The translations under genes were made by a program, and so were the position numbers. The notes beneath the pieces are model-generated. The model ran no database searches and had not been told where the DNA came from. It saw only the letters and a program-made list of their open reading frames with translations. From the human T2T-CHM13v2.0 reference genome, Homo sapiens: 64,000 bases of DNA. This document shows positions 1 through 19,622 of the stretch, one piece after another; the stretch's first letter is position 1; every line of letters starts with the position of its first letter. The stretch lies in the NCBI RefSeq assembly GCF_009914755.1, contig NC_060932.1; one strand, 5' to 3'.

Positions 1-441
1 TGAGGCACTTATAATAAAAAGCAGAGAAAAGCATACAAATTTATTTAAGTTTTACATGACATGGGAACATTCAGAAAGGAAGACCCAAAGAAACAGGGAA
101 ACCGTGTATTTTTATGCTAAATTTGATGAAGAGTGGACAGTGATGCAACAGCGTGATTGGATCTGATGGTAACACACTAGGTAATAAACTGGGGGAACTT
201 ACCAGGGCCTGTTTGTTCACATTATTCCTGTGTCTTTGGATTTCATTCCTTTCTTGGCATAAGACAAGACCCCTTTGGAGTGGTTCTCATGACCTACCTA
301 CTTCGTGGGGAGGTCAGCTAGATTTTAGGGTCTGCTTCAGGGGAGAAGGGGGCGAAGGTAAGGTAAGAGTAACCTTGCTTCTGCTGTTTTCTTAAGTGCC
401 AAGGTGCCGTATTTTGGGATAGTATGTCCTGAACCTCATCA
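1..441 (-). mobile_element. ERV1-class LTR fragment, MER31/MER67-like
   Basis: Reverse complement begins TGATGAGGTTCAGGACATACTATCCCAAAATACGGCACCTTGGCAC...AGAAAACAGCAGAAGCAAGG, resembling the recalled MER31 5' end. Confidence 0.6.
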
Positions 442-730
442 GAGACCCCCTCACTTCCTTTGAGTGCCAGGCAGAGGTAGGAGGGTGTGCCCTGCAAAGG
501 CACAGGCTTCTTCTGGAACTGGCCTCTGCTCACCACCTGATGATCTTCTCTGCATCACCTTCTCAGTTCTCTTGAAGGCAGGTCACAGCAGGCATATTCA
601 GTTGCCTTTTCATAAAACAGGCAGGAGTTGGTATCTTACCACAGTTGTTTTCTCCTTAGAAGGTGCAATGTTGAGAACAATTTTGTCCCCAGGGTAGAGT
701 ATCTACATCTAGCCAGGAGAGGAGGAAGAC

Positions 731-1340
<610 letters not shown>

Positions 1341-1380
1341 GAGAGGAGGAAGACTTTTAACATGTTACATGGTTCGTTGT

Positions 1381-2635
<1,255 letters not shown>

Positions 2636-2789
2636 TGTTAATTTAAAATTTAGAGGGGATAAAATCAAAGGTGTCAGAAGTTAGGGTGATATTTACTGTA
2701 AGAATTGGATTAGATTAATAGGCTAGCTTTGGGATTAAATTTTTTTTTGTTTACATAAAATCTTTCAGAAAAGAGCTTTGGGTTTTTTT

Positions 2790-3280
2790 TTTTTTTTTTT
2801 TTAAACAAAAGGAATTGAGGTAGAATTTACATGTAGTGAAATGCACAGATGTGCCATGAGTTTGACAAATGTAGCTTGTTACCCCTACTGAGATACAGAA
2901 CATTCCTGTCATTCCAGAAAGCTCCCTTTGCGCTTTCCCACACCTGAGAGATTTGCGTGTTGTAGAGCTTTGGTAAGTAGGGTCATGTAGTGTGTACACT
3001 TACGGTTCTTTACTCAGCATGAAGTCTGAGCAATTCAGTTGTGTTATCTCATGTAGTAGGAGTGTGTTTCTTTTTATTGTTGAATAGTATTTTACTGTAT
3101 GGATATACCACAATGTGTTTATCACTTCTTTTTATGGACATTTGGATTTAATCTACTTTCTTGCTTTTACAAATAAAGCTGCTATGGGCATTCTTGTAGA
3201 AGTCTTTTTGTGAACATGTGTTTGTTTCCATTTCGCTTGGGTAAATGCCTAGGAATAGAATTGCTGTATCATAGGGGAGT
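2790..3280 (-). mobile_element. Old L1M 3' fragment
   Basis: Degenerate L1 3'-region motifs (ttgttgaatagtattttactgtatggatataccacaatgtgtttatc; gggtaaatgcctaggaatagaattgctg). Confidence 0.75.
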
Positions 3281-4106
3281 CTGATATGCATCCAGATTGG
3301 AGAATCACAGCCAAGATAATCATGAGATCTATCTGATTTTAGTCATTTTTATATATTGAAAGTGCTGGGGATATTATTAATATTTGCTTGCTATTAATCT
3401 CAGATGAGTTTTATATAGCTCTTTTTTTCTTAAAGTATTGAAATATTTAATAACATACATATAACATTGTTGCATAGGTTTTACATTAGAGTAGTTTAAT
3501 ACTGCAAATCTGACCTCCATTTGGATAGCTCTTGTTTATGGGGATGGGATCAGTTTGAGTAGGTGAGATCTGTAGATGGTTGGTTAGCTTCCTCCCTCTC
3601 TGGTCTTATACAGCAGCCAGCAGATATTAAATTTTTCACTTTCATTTATTTATGTATATATTTTTATGTTATTTTAATTATAATTTAGAAAATTTAAAGT
3701 TTCAATAATTATAATTCTCTTTAAAACAATTTTTTTTTCTTTTTAATCTCTTGAGTCAAGGTGAGGATTCATTTATTTTTTACTTTGCTGTTTTAATGGT
3801 ACACTAATAAGTTAACAGAGTGAACAAAAGCCATAGCAGAAAGAAGAGTTAATTTATAGGCATGAAAATAAGCCCTGGATAATCTAGAAGCTTTAAGTTT
3901 GATACCTATTTGAAAATGATGTGTAAACATAAAGTTTGCCATTGTATCTCTGAATTCAGATAATGGGATTTAATGAACCTCAAAATTAATGAAGTGGCAA
4001 CGTAAGTATAACTAACAGGGGACATAAAATAATTATGTTTTATTGCTGCAAAATAGTATAATATGGGGTTTTCTCTTTTGCTAGAAGTTATTGATTGCCA
4101 TATTTA

Positions 4107-4235
4107 GTAGGATAATCATATAATTTGTTATCCAACAAGACCCTTTTGAGAATGAAAGGAGGCACTGTTAATAGTCAATTCTGGGACAATAGGAATAAGC
4201 AGAACTGTTCTGTAAAACAGAAACCTTCATATATG
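4107..4235. mobile_element. MER94-like hAT DNA transposon fossil
   Basis: catataatttgttatccaacaagacccttttgagaatgaaaggaggcactgttaat resembles the recalled MER94 consensus. Confidence 0.55.
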
Positions 4236-4640
4236 TTTAACACAAGTCTCAAGTAGCCCCTCCCTCTACAATGTAAACTTTTTAGCAAAATCTAAATTTA
4301 AGTGGTTTGCTTTTTCGTTTTTCCTTCTTCGTTCTAATTTGTTACAGGCATCATTTTTATCACAAAAGCAACTTGGGATCATATTGATAATACTTTGTAG
4401 AATTAATTTTGTAAAATCTCATGGAATTAATTTTGTAAAATCTCAATTTTTAAGTATGCTTATTGCATTTTTTCTCACCATATAGGTGAAATAAATTTGA
4501 ATGTAGAAAAATAAATTCTTAATCATAAACACTGTCTTACGTACATTCATATTGTACTTTCCCTTTTTTTTTTTTAGCACTTAGACATTAATATTTTAGG
4601 TATTGTTATTTTGATTATCTTTTTGTTTTTTGCCTTCCAG

Positions 4641-4766
4641 ACAAATTATGAAAACAGAATATATAGCCTGAAAGTAGAATGTGGACCTAAATACCCAGAA
4701 GCTCCTCCGTCAGTTAGATTTGTAACAAAAATTAATATGAACGGAATAAATAATTCCAGTGGGATG
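4641..4766 (+). CDS. UBE2V2: UBE2V2 (MMS2) internal coding exon (penultimate exon), phase 0/0, 42 codons
   Basis: Acceptor ttttgttttttgccttccag at 4621-4640 and donor ATG|gtaagt at 4767. Translates [42 protein letters not shown], matching the recalled human MMS2/UBE2V2 protein. Confidence 0.97.
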
Positions 4767-4990
4767 GTAAGTTAATATAGTCATTTTGGTTTTATATAAC
4801 ATAATGTATAGAGTTATATATTATACGTACACACACCATAATATATGTAAGATATTAATATGTAGTTAGGAGAAAGTTTTTAAAAGAGGACCTTTGTTAA
4901 GCCAAAAGTCTAAAGAAGGTTGCATTATGTTGTTTTTCTTTTATTAATATAAATTAGGCCATCCTTAAAAACCTTAATGTACTTGCCTAG

Positions 4991-5318
<328 letters not shown>

Positions 5319-5397
5319 AAAAGTTTTCTTAGGGTTTTAATTGCCTTAATAGTCATATTTCAGTTGATCTTTATTTGGTAAAAAGATGACCATTATT

Positions 5398-5494
5398 GGG
5401 CGGGGCATGGTGGCTCACGCTTGTAGAGATTGTGCCACTGCACTCCAGCCTGGGTGAAAGAGCGAAACTCCGTCTCAAAAAAAAAAAAAAAAAG
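5398..5494 (+). mobile_element. Internally deleted Alu (5' ~28 nt fused to 3' end + poly-A)
   Basis: gggcggggcatggtggctcacgcttgta|gagattgtgccactgcactccagcc...A-tail. TSD agatga(c/t)cattatt at 5384 and 5495. Confidence 0.88.
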
Positions 5495-5659
5495 AGATGA
5501 TCATTATTTCTCTTTGAATGTTACTTTTCTGAGGGTTAAGGTACATTTGGTGGGATTAAAAGGATGACTGTTCATGAAAAGGATGAATATTCATGAAGGG
5601 TTTTTTTCTTTAAAGAGCAAATATGTCTGTGTTGAAACAGTCATGGCTGAGCATCATTG

Positions 5660-5934
5660 TCTATTTATTTTTGGGTTTCACTCTGTCCCCCAGGCTGTAG
5701 TGCAGTGGTACTCCCCCACTTCCTGTGGCCTCAAGTGATTCTCCCACTTCAGCCTCCCAAGTATGTGAGACTACAAGGCACATGCCACCAAGCCCATCTA
5801 ATTTTTGTATTTTTTGGTAGAGATGGGGTTTCGTCATGTTGGCCAGGCTGGACTCAACTCCTGACCTCAAGTGATCTGCCCACCTTGGCCTCCCAAAGTG
5901 CTGGGATTACAGGCGTGAGCCACTGTGTCCAGCC
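5660..5934 (-). mobile_element. Diverged Alu
   Basis: Alu consensus match. Confidence 0.85.
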
Positions 5935-7249
5935 CATTGTCTCTTTAAACAAAATGACATGCCCTGCTTGACCCACACAAGTTAGTTAGTAGAAACAGCT
6001 GAATTTCCAGTATGAGTAGATTGTTAAGTTCATGATAAGTCTTTGAAGCCTAGGCTCTCTTGGTGCCATGTTGAGAGCACGCCACATACAAAATACATTT
6101 TAGGAAGCAAAATAACATATCATCATCATAAAATGAGTATCATCCATCTTAGGAAATAGGGCCTCAGTATCCTTGATTTCTCATCCCATCCCTGCGTTCC
6201 CTCTCTCTACCAGTGTATTTTGTACTACAAATGTATCACATATGTACACAAATTCATCCTCCTTTCTTCTCTCCTTCTCTCTTTCCTTCTCATCTGTTTA
6301 CCATCTGTTAAAAATCACGAGTTTATACTAACAACTCCCACTAATTTTATTCTAAAACTATAGGGTTTGTTCTATGATTCTTCCTTTCCAGTTGAGAAAC
6401 CTGGCTCCCATGCTTCCCAGTGCATTTACTTATTTGCTCAATTTCCCCTTCATATAACTGTACTTCTGGCAACAAGTTGAATCTTGGATTCACAGCCAGC
6501 TCCCTGCCCCTCAACCCCAACCTAATACGCAGGTCTGAGGCGGGGCCCCAGATTGGCTGGTGCATCCAGCAGGGAGGCACCAGGCCAAATAAAGCATGAC
6601 CCTGAGAAAGGAAGAAGCTGGGAAAGGTCATTGGAAACCTTAGCCCTGCACCTGCTGGGCCATTAACACCCCCCCACCCCTGTGCCAACTCAGAGCTGGG
6701 ACCTGAGAGTCTCTCCAGCCCTCACAGTCCTCAGTTGGTCAGTCTTTGTGATTTACTGGGAGCATTTAGTCCATTTACATTTAATATTCTTAATTACTGA
6801 CATGTTCAGGTTTAAACAGATCATCTTATTTGGTGGTTTCTATTTTTCTACATGTTTCTTGCCTACTTTTGGAATGGTTGTTCTCAACTTCTTTCATTCT
6901 GTTTGTGTTCTTTCAGTGATTATTCTAGAAATTATGCACACTTATCTATTTTTAAGAAATTTGATAGGAGCAGGATTATAAAGCATATGAGTACACAGAA
7001 AAGATATTATTTAGGGAATGTCCTGTGTGACACACAGCATTGCCTTTATGAAGAAGACCTTTGTTAGATTTTGCTACTAGACATATCTGGTTTTCTCCAC
7101 TACTGTTTTGTTTTTACATTATAGCTTCTGTAAATTAAGTAACTAATGGTGTGTTCTACATTGTCATGGAAGCTAGGAAATTTAGATTAAATTTCAGACC
7201 TACCTCTAATAAGCTTATCTGATCTCTTGGGCTTTTGGTCCAGTAGTTG

Positions 7250-8080
7250 ATATTTTGCCTCCCTCTCTACCTCCCTTCCCCCAACCCATTTATCATTAAG
7301 CCTTGTCAGTTTTATGTTCCAAATGTGACTGGATTTAGGTCTTATTTTTCTATTTACATTGCCACCAAGTGAATATTGGCCATCATTTATTTCCTGGACT
7401 CTTGCAACAACGTCTCTGATTCTACTTTTTAAAATCCCTTCCAGTCTTTCCAAAGTTAGCAGCCAGAGGGATCCTCCTAAGAGACAAATTGCGTCGTGTC
7501 ATTTCTGCACTTCAGATTCCTTTAGGGGCATCAGCCTCAGCATGCATGCTTCTTGCCATGGCTCACTGGGAGTGCTCAAGGTGCACACTGGCCTGCATGC
7601 CTTTCGTTTGGTCTCAAGACCTTTGCACTTCTGTTCTTCCTCCTTCCTCCCCAGTCTGGCTAACTCCTATGGGTCCTTCATTTCTCACTGTAAATTCCAC
7701 TTTCTTTTTTATTGAGACAGAGTCTCACTCTGTCACTCAGGCTGGAGTGCAGTGGCATGATCTCGCTCACTGCAACCTCCATCTCCTGGGTTTAAGTGAT
7801 TCTGCTGCCTTAGCCTCCCAAGTAGCTGGGACTACAAGTGTGTGCCACAACACCTGGCTAATTTAATACAGATGGGGGTTTGCCATGTTGGCCAGGCTGG
7901 TCTCAGACTCCTGACCCGCGTTGGCCTCCCAAAGTGCTGGGATTACAGGCATGAGCCACCGCACCCAGCCTAAATTCCACTTTTTAGTATCTTTATTGAT
8001 GTTCCAACTTGAATTATGTCCCTTCTATTGCTCTGTTAGAGTCACTCTTATTCTTTTGTTGCACTTAACTATAAATTTAT
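7250..8080 (+). mobile_element. L2 3' fragment interrupted by an antisense Alu (~7704-7970)
   Basis: L2-like CT-rich motifs (cctggactcttgcaacaacgtctctgattc; cagccagagggatcctcc). Alu TSD taaattccacttt at 7691 and 7971. Confidence 0.65.
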
Positions 8081-8136
8081 TTTTTTGTTTTTAAAAGAAA
8101 TGTTTCTAACATAATAGAAGTTTTAGAGAATGATAG

Positions 8137-8950
<814 letters not shown>

Positions 8951-9984
8951 TAAGTTCTTACTCTCAATTGCAATGTGTATCTTGTCAAGGAGCAATAGAA
9001 TTCAGTTCGTGGCCTGCCCCTTTCCATGGACACACCTTGAGTAGTGCTGCTCTCGGGAATACATCTAGAAGTGTGCCGTGGCGTGGGGCTTTCTTCAGCT
9101 TGAATATTGCCAAGCTGCTTTCCTCCCGGCTGGGTCAATGTCAGCCCCACCAGTGGTGTATAACAGGACCCTCTGAATGTATATTCCCACCAACCCTTCT
9201 TACTGTCAATCTGGAATGGGGACTGGGAAATAGAAAAATAAATACTGATTTTAATCATTATTGGAGTGTAGATGTGTGTATAGAGGGTTGTGGGTAGGGT
9301 GAATATATTGGACATCTGTTTTTCTCTTCATTTACATCTAAGAGTTTGGATTATTACTTTTATAACTAGTAAATGGTACAGAATTTCACATTGGTGATTG
9401 TGCCAGGATAGTTTTTATATTTTGAGGCTGTTTAAGTGTCTCATGAATTGTAGTTCATAGGCATTGATGGTGGGTGTTGCTTTAGTAATTTTAGTTTATA
9501 CGTATTTAATACGACGAGGCAAAGTTATTCCCTGTGGGTGGTTAGCACTCTGAAGTGTAAATTTTATTGTCTTATGCAGTGAGATCTCACATTTTGGAGG
9601 TCATTGTATGTTGTAGACTGATAAGATGCAGATTTTATTCTGACATGATATTTATTTTCTCATGCTCTTTACTGCGTCCTCTCTCTTCATCTTTTTTTTC
9701 TTTTCCTCCAATGTTTCTTTTTTTTTTTCTGCACCCTGTTGGTATTTCACAGGATTTGCAATCACTTATGTTTATTTAACTACCATTTACAGCTGGAAGT
9801 GTTTGTTTCTGATTTAGAAATAGCTTGGTATTCTCTCTACTTATTTTTATAAACTGTTCAGTTATGGAATCTATTTAAAATAGGCTAAGGAGGTTGCCAC
9901 TCTTTAAAGTGAAAGTGTTAGAGGAAGCATTTTAAATGTACCTTACCATTGTAACATTTTTCTTACTCTTTTAGTTAGTTTCTT

Positions 9985-10289
<305 letters not shown>

Positions 10290-10339
10290 TAGTTTCTAAA
10301 ATAAATATCACTCTAAAATTATTTTTCTTTTCTACTTTC

Positions 10340-14497
<4,158 letters not shown>

Positions 14498-14709
14498 CAC
14501 CTTCCTGTTTGACTCAACTTTTTTTGACAAATGCCCAAGGTAGGAGGTGAGTGAAGATATGTGAGCTCTGAGGTCAGATAAAGGAAAGCTCTGTGTGAGT
14601 GGAGTTTTCCAGGGAACTGCAGGACAGGTCAAATGCTGACAGTTAACTGGGAATGGGCTTGCAAGGAGCTCCATCCCCATTCTGTTGCTCTTTCACAGAA
14701 GATTAATTT

Positions 14710-15020
14710 GGGTCGGGTGCCGTGGTTCATGCCTGTAATCCCAGCACTTTGGGAGGCTGAGGCAGGTAGATCACTTGAGCTCAGGAGTTCAAGACCAGTC
14801 TGGGCAACATGGTGAAACCCTGTCTCTACGAAAAATAGAAAAATTAGCCTGGCGTGGTGGCAGGTGCCTGTAATCCCAGCTACTTGGGAGGCCTCATGAG
14901 GCAGGAGAATTTCTTGAACCTGGGAGGCGGAAGTTGCAGTGAGCCAGGATCGCACCACTGTACTCCAGCCTGGGTGACAGAGTGAGACTCTGTCTCAAAA
15001 AAAAAAAAAAAAAAAAAAAA
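14710..15020 (+). mobile_element. Sense AluS ~450 bp upstream of the terminal exon
   Basis: Alu consensus with long A-tail. Confidence 0.92.
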
Positions 15021-15468
15021 GGAAAGAATAATTAGGAATAGTGCGTAGAATACATTGGAAAGAAAAATCTGAAAGAAGAGATCAGGTTAGTAGCTTTTGT
15101 CTAAATCTCAGTGTGAGATAATTCCCCAGATTTTGGGCGGTGGCATTGGAAATGGAGAGGAACCTTTTGACCTTACTCCATTAAGAAAGAATTGGTAAAT
15201 TTATTGACAAAGTAGTTATTTAATATAACATTTATTTCTGATGACCAAAGTTCACTGTATGTTTTATGTCTTTATATTTTCCCAAAATATTAAACTAATT
15301 ATGATAAAATATACTAATTATGGTATTAGTAATTCCATAGTGTATGTTTTGTGAAAATAGAGGCAAGCTATGAATTTTCAAAATCATTCTTATTAAAATA
15401 TGCTTAACAAATTGGTGCCATAGTACTTTAAACTTGCTAGTTAACTGTACTCTTTCCTCCCCTTTCAG

Positions 15469-15615
15469 GTGGATGCCCGGAGCATACCAGTGTTAGCAAA
15501 ATGGCAAAATTCATATAGCATTAAAGTTGTACTTCAAGAGCTAAGACGTCTAATGATGTCCAAAGAAAATATGAAGCTTCCACAGCCACCAGAAGGACAA
15601 ACATACAACAATTAA
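15469..15615 (+). CDS. UBE2V2: UBE2V2 terminal coding exon (48 aa + TAA)
   Basis: Acceptor tctttcctcccctttcag|GTG. Translates [48 protein letters not shown], the MMS2 C-terminus (UBE2V1 ends differently). In frame with the 4641-4766 exon. Confidence 0.97.
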
Positions 15616-16138
15616 TTTTAGTGGATCTCAAACTTGTCTTAAATCAACAACCTTCTACTCATGTTAATGTCTTGATTAAATATCACAATGCAAAATACAC
15701 ATTAAGTAAAAGAATTCCAGCTGGTAAACATGACCTGGACATTTGTAAGAATATATTTAATATATGTACACCCATTATGTTTTCAGGTAACAGGAGGAAA
15801 AATGCAGCACAATTTTTTTTCTCTTGAAAGGCACTGTCATTTAAACATAAACCTGGAGTACTCGAAATAGAATTCAGGTTTACAAGATGAAAGCGTGTGG
15901 AGAAGTGTCAGATGGCAGTGGAAGCATGTGTGTTTCTAAAAAGTAAAAATCTCAAGAAAACAGAAATGGCATGCTTTACCCATCTTACTTAGTGAAAGAG
16001 AGCTGCAGTTGAAATTGTTTAAAAAGTAGCAGGTACAATGAATATTGTCACAGATGTGTTAATTTTTGAAGCAATGTGGGTGCTGACTACTAGTAGTATC
16101 AAAAATATGTTCAGGATTGTTTTGATACCTGTATTTAT

Positions 16139-16144
16139 AATAAA
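16139..16144 (+). terminator. Candidate proximal poly(A) signal AATAAA
   Basis: gtatttatAATAAAaaatgttggg, with GT/T-rich sequence downstream. Confidence 0.5.
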
Positions 16145-16309
16145 AAATGTTGGGGGGAGTTGATGAATTCCTGTTAAAAGCTGTTCTTGTGTGTTACATG
16201 TAACAGACATGGTAAATATTTGTTTACAGTCTTTGTTTAACAAACCATGCATTTAAGTTTAAGTGAAGTCAACAAAAAGGAAATAGGTGTATGGATATGT
16301 GATTTTGAG

Positions 16310-16338
16310 ATTAAAGTTAGTCTTAAAATGTAAATAAA
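16310..16338 (+). terminator. Candidate proximal poly(A) signal pair (ATTAAA 16310, AATAAA 16333)
   Basis: Both hexamers are seen directly. Downstream T/GT-rich sequence and nearby TGTA motifs are present. Confidence 0.55.
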
Positions 16339-17089
16339 ATGTGAAACGTGTCCTCAGAGACTGTGCCATTTCTATTATGTTGATGTATATGTACAGTACC
16401 TTGCCAGGGAAGCAAAAATTGGAATTATTGTAGCTTTTCATGTATACACACTTTTATTTACCCTATTTTGTGTACTTCTTGTGAATTATAATTTGCAGAC
16501 TATTTCAGAAAAGAAATTATCTAGTTTAATTTCTTCTTTGGACAAGGAGTCCTAGGTATTATATTTTGAGTTTGATTTCACCAGAAATAATAATATTAAA
16601 AAGATCTTTGCATTCTGGCAGTTCTTTTAGGATTATAGGTTGCAAATTATCCAAATATATATCCCATTTTTTAAAGCATAATATCTTTTTTAGTTGTTTT
16701 TCTGTGAAGCTTTTGGTTAATAAATAGGGTCAACTAATTGGAGACTTTTCTCTTCCAATTAGGGCTTTTAATACTAACAAGGATAACTTTATTCATTCCT
16801 CGTATTCTCTACTCTAACAAATATGAACTCTGAAGTTGAAAAGTCATTTATGTTCCGCTTTCACCAAAGTGACGTGAGGCTTTAGGTCACTGTTTCACTT
16901 CAAAGTACTGGATCCAAAGCTTTGTTGAAAATGCTGTTTGATGAATTCACTGAAGAATATAGAAAGGTGGTCAGGTAAAGTCTACTTTTATTTTGTCAAG
17001 CTTAATAATTTGTGTCATACTTTACCCCAGTATATATAGGCAAACCAAAACCTTATCAAATATTAAATTAGTTGTTTAAACTTTGCTTA

Positions 17090-17390
<301 letters not shown>

Positions 17391-19374
17391 GAAAAATATT
17401 AATAATTGACCTTGGCTGTATATTAAAATAGTTACTTTTATAGTAGAGCACATTTCTCAAACATGCCCTGAAAGGCTTTTATCAAGCTCATATAAAGTTA
17501 AAGCTTTGAGCTACCTTTTCTTGGCCAATAAAGTCACTGACAGTTTATGTAAACATTAATTTCAACATGGCTGTTGCATTTTAATTATCAAAAATGTTTA
17601 AAATGCTTTAAGATGACACATAGAGAACATACACATACATACAAATTAGTGCATTTGTAATTTGTTAAATTTGAAATGAACTATTACCTTGAAATATAGT
17701 CTTTAAAAATTTTTAATGGTTAAAGATTAAATTGAATGAAACTGTAGTCTAATGGTAACTGATGATCTGAATCCGTCTCTCTGATAACCTCCTTTCCATT
17801 TTGAAAATGTGTCTTATTATACATGGAAGCTAGTAACTACGTGAATGCTGTTGGCAGGATGAGGGTCTGGGTACCTCAGTCTCTTGTCCTGTTTCCTTCC
17901 CCCAAATCCACCATTGTGAAGTTGCCAACCCCCTGCCGCCTTCCCCTGCCAAGTACATGTTGTCAGAGTCAGCCCTATAATGTTCATTTCCCCTCTTGTT
18001 TGTGGGATTATGGATCTCTGCAGAAATCTGCATGCCAATTAACCCATTTCTAAAGCAGAATCCATTTTGCATGTCACAATCAAGATGTACTTGGCAATCT
18101 AAGACACACTGGGAGACTGTAAGAGGAATTAATATAGAAAAGCTCTTAATTATAATAACATTTGGAAGAAATTTTTCCTTTGTTTTGTAAAGTGGCTAAG
18201 GTTGTAGGAGTGTGTGGTATTTATTACCTTTTAAATGAACTGTAAATTTGCCTTAGAAATTTGTTTAAAAGGCTAGCAAGTGAGACCCTTGAGGATGATC
18301 ATATACTAATAAAGATTACCAAAAGAAACTTCTTGTCCTGTTAGGTCAGTGTTATGATTTAATGGTTTTAATTACTTAACCAATTTTAAGAATTGACAAT
18401 TTTTAAAAATATTTTTTTCTACCATTCTAAAGTAATGTCTTTTGTTGTGGGTTTATGTGTAACTACAGGATTTTGGAACATAAACATTTTGAAGGATAGT
18501 CAATGGTATTTAGTCTTGGATATAAAAATAGAGAAAATTTATAGCTTTATGTTATTAAAATAATTTATCACACAGAGTGATTTGAGGTTTTCGCAGAGTA
18601 GATTTGTTTGACTCATGGTTTATTAGTCTGGATTACTTAAGAACAATATGTTGATTTTAATGTTAATTCCCACTAAATATATAATATTGATAAATACATG
18701 TGAAATTAATATTGTTTGGAAAATGTAGAGGACACAGCTGGGAATTATGAATGCTTTTTTCTTAATAGGTTTGGTGTGTGTGGCTTTGAATGGTTCTGCT
18801 GATGCATCATGGAAAGACAGCAGGGAACTGTAGCCTGCCATCAAAACTGTATCAACTCTTTTAATGAGCATGTGACTGTATTAGGTACATTTTGAAGAAT
18901 ATAAGTACTGATGATAAAGTCTAGTATGCATAATAGGATTTTGGAGGCATTTCAGGAATTTTCCTTTTATAGTATGCTTTTTAGGCATCTGTATGTGTAA
19001 TATCATAGTATCATTTATTGCTGGGATGGATCGAAAAGCACTGCTTTTACTTTTCTGATAAGTATCAAAATGATTTTCCAGTACCAACTTGACTGGCTTT
19101 TAATTATTGTCACACACACACAAAATTCAACTCCTCAAGGTTTGGGAAAATTGTGTATTTTTTTGTATACAAGATAAAAGTGTCATAAAAAGGAATGGAT
19201 GAATTGTTGATAGGAACATTAGCAGTTAATTTTTACCTGATACTGAGTTTACTGTAAAATAGGAAATGCATAGGAAGGAATACCTCCTAAATAATATGCC
19301 TTATAGAATGATGAAATCTTACCATAGTTCATACTGAAAATGTTGTTTATTTAAAAGTATTGTGGAGTGTTGAA

Positions 19375-19476
19375 AATAAAGATACACAATAAGTATTTTC
19401 TGAAGAGAAAATTAATGAAGGTATTTAATGATATAGGAAATAAGTGACAAGTTAAAGTCCATTTTGTTTCAATAAA
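19375..19476 (+). terminator. Candidate distal poly(A) signals (AATAAA 19375 and 19471)
   Basis: Two canonical hexamers at the end of the unique AT-rich tract. Confidence 0.6.
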
Positions 19477-19622
19477 GGAGTTGTGCAAACTCAAGGAGTG
19501 AGTTACATGATTGAAAAAAACCATTGGATATGAGGAGGTTGCTATGGTGTTTATATCCTTAATAGGATCTTTTCATCTAAAAAATTCCTAAGAATCTGCT
19601 CCATCTCATGTTTAAAATTAAA

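Noticed and set aside
15621-16441. Short ORFs after the UBE2V2 stop codon
   Set aside because: They lie in the AT-rich 3'UTR, mostly with non-ATG starts and no recognisable homology.
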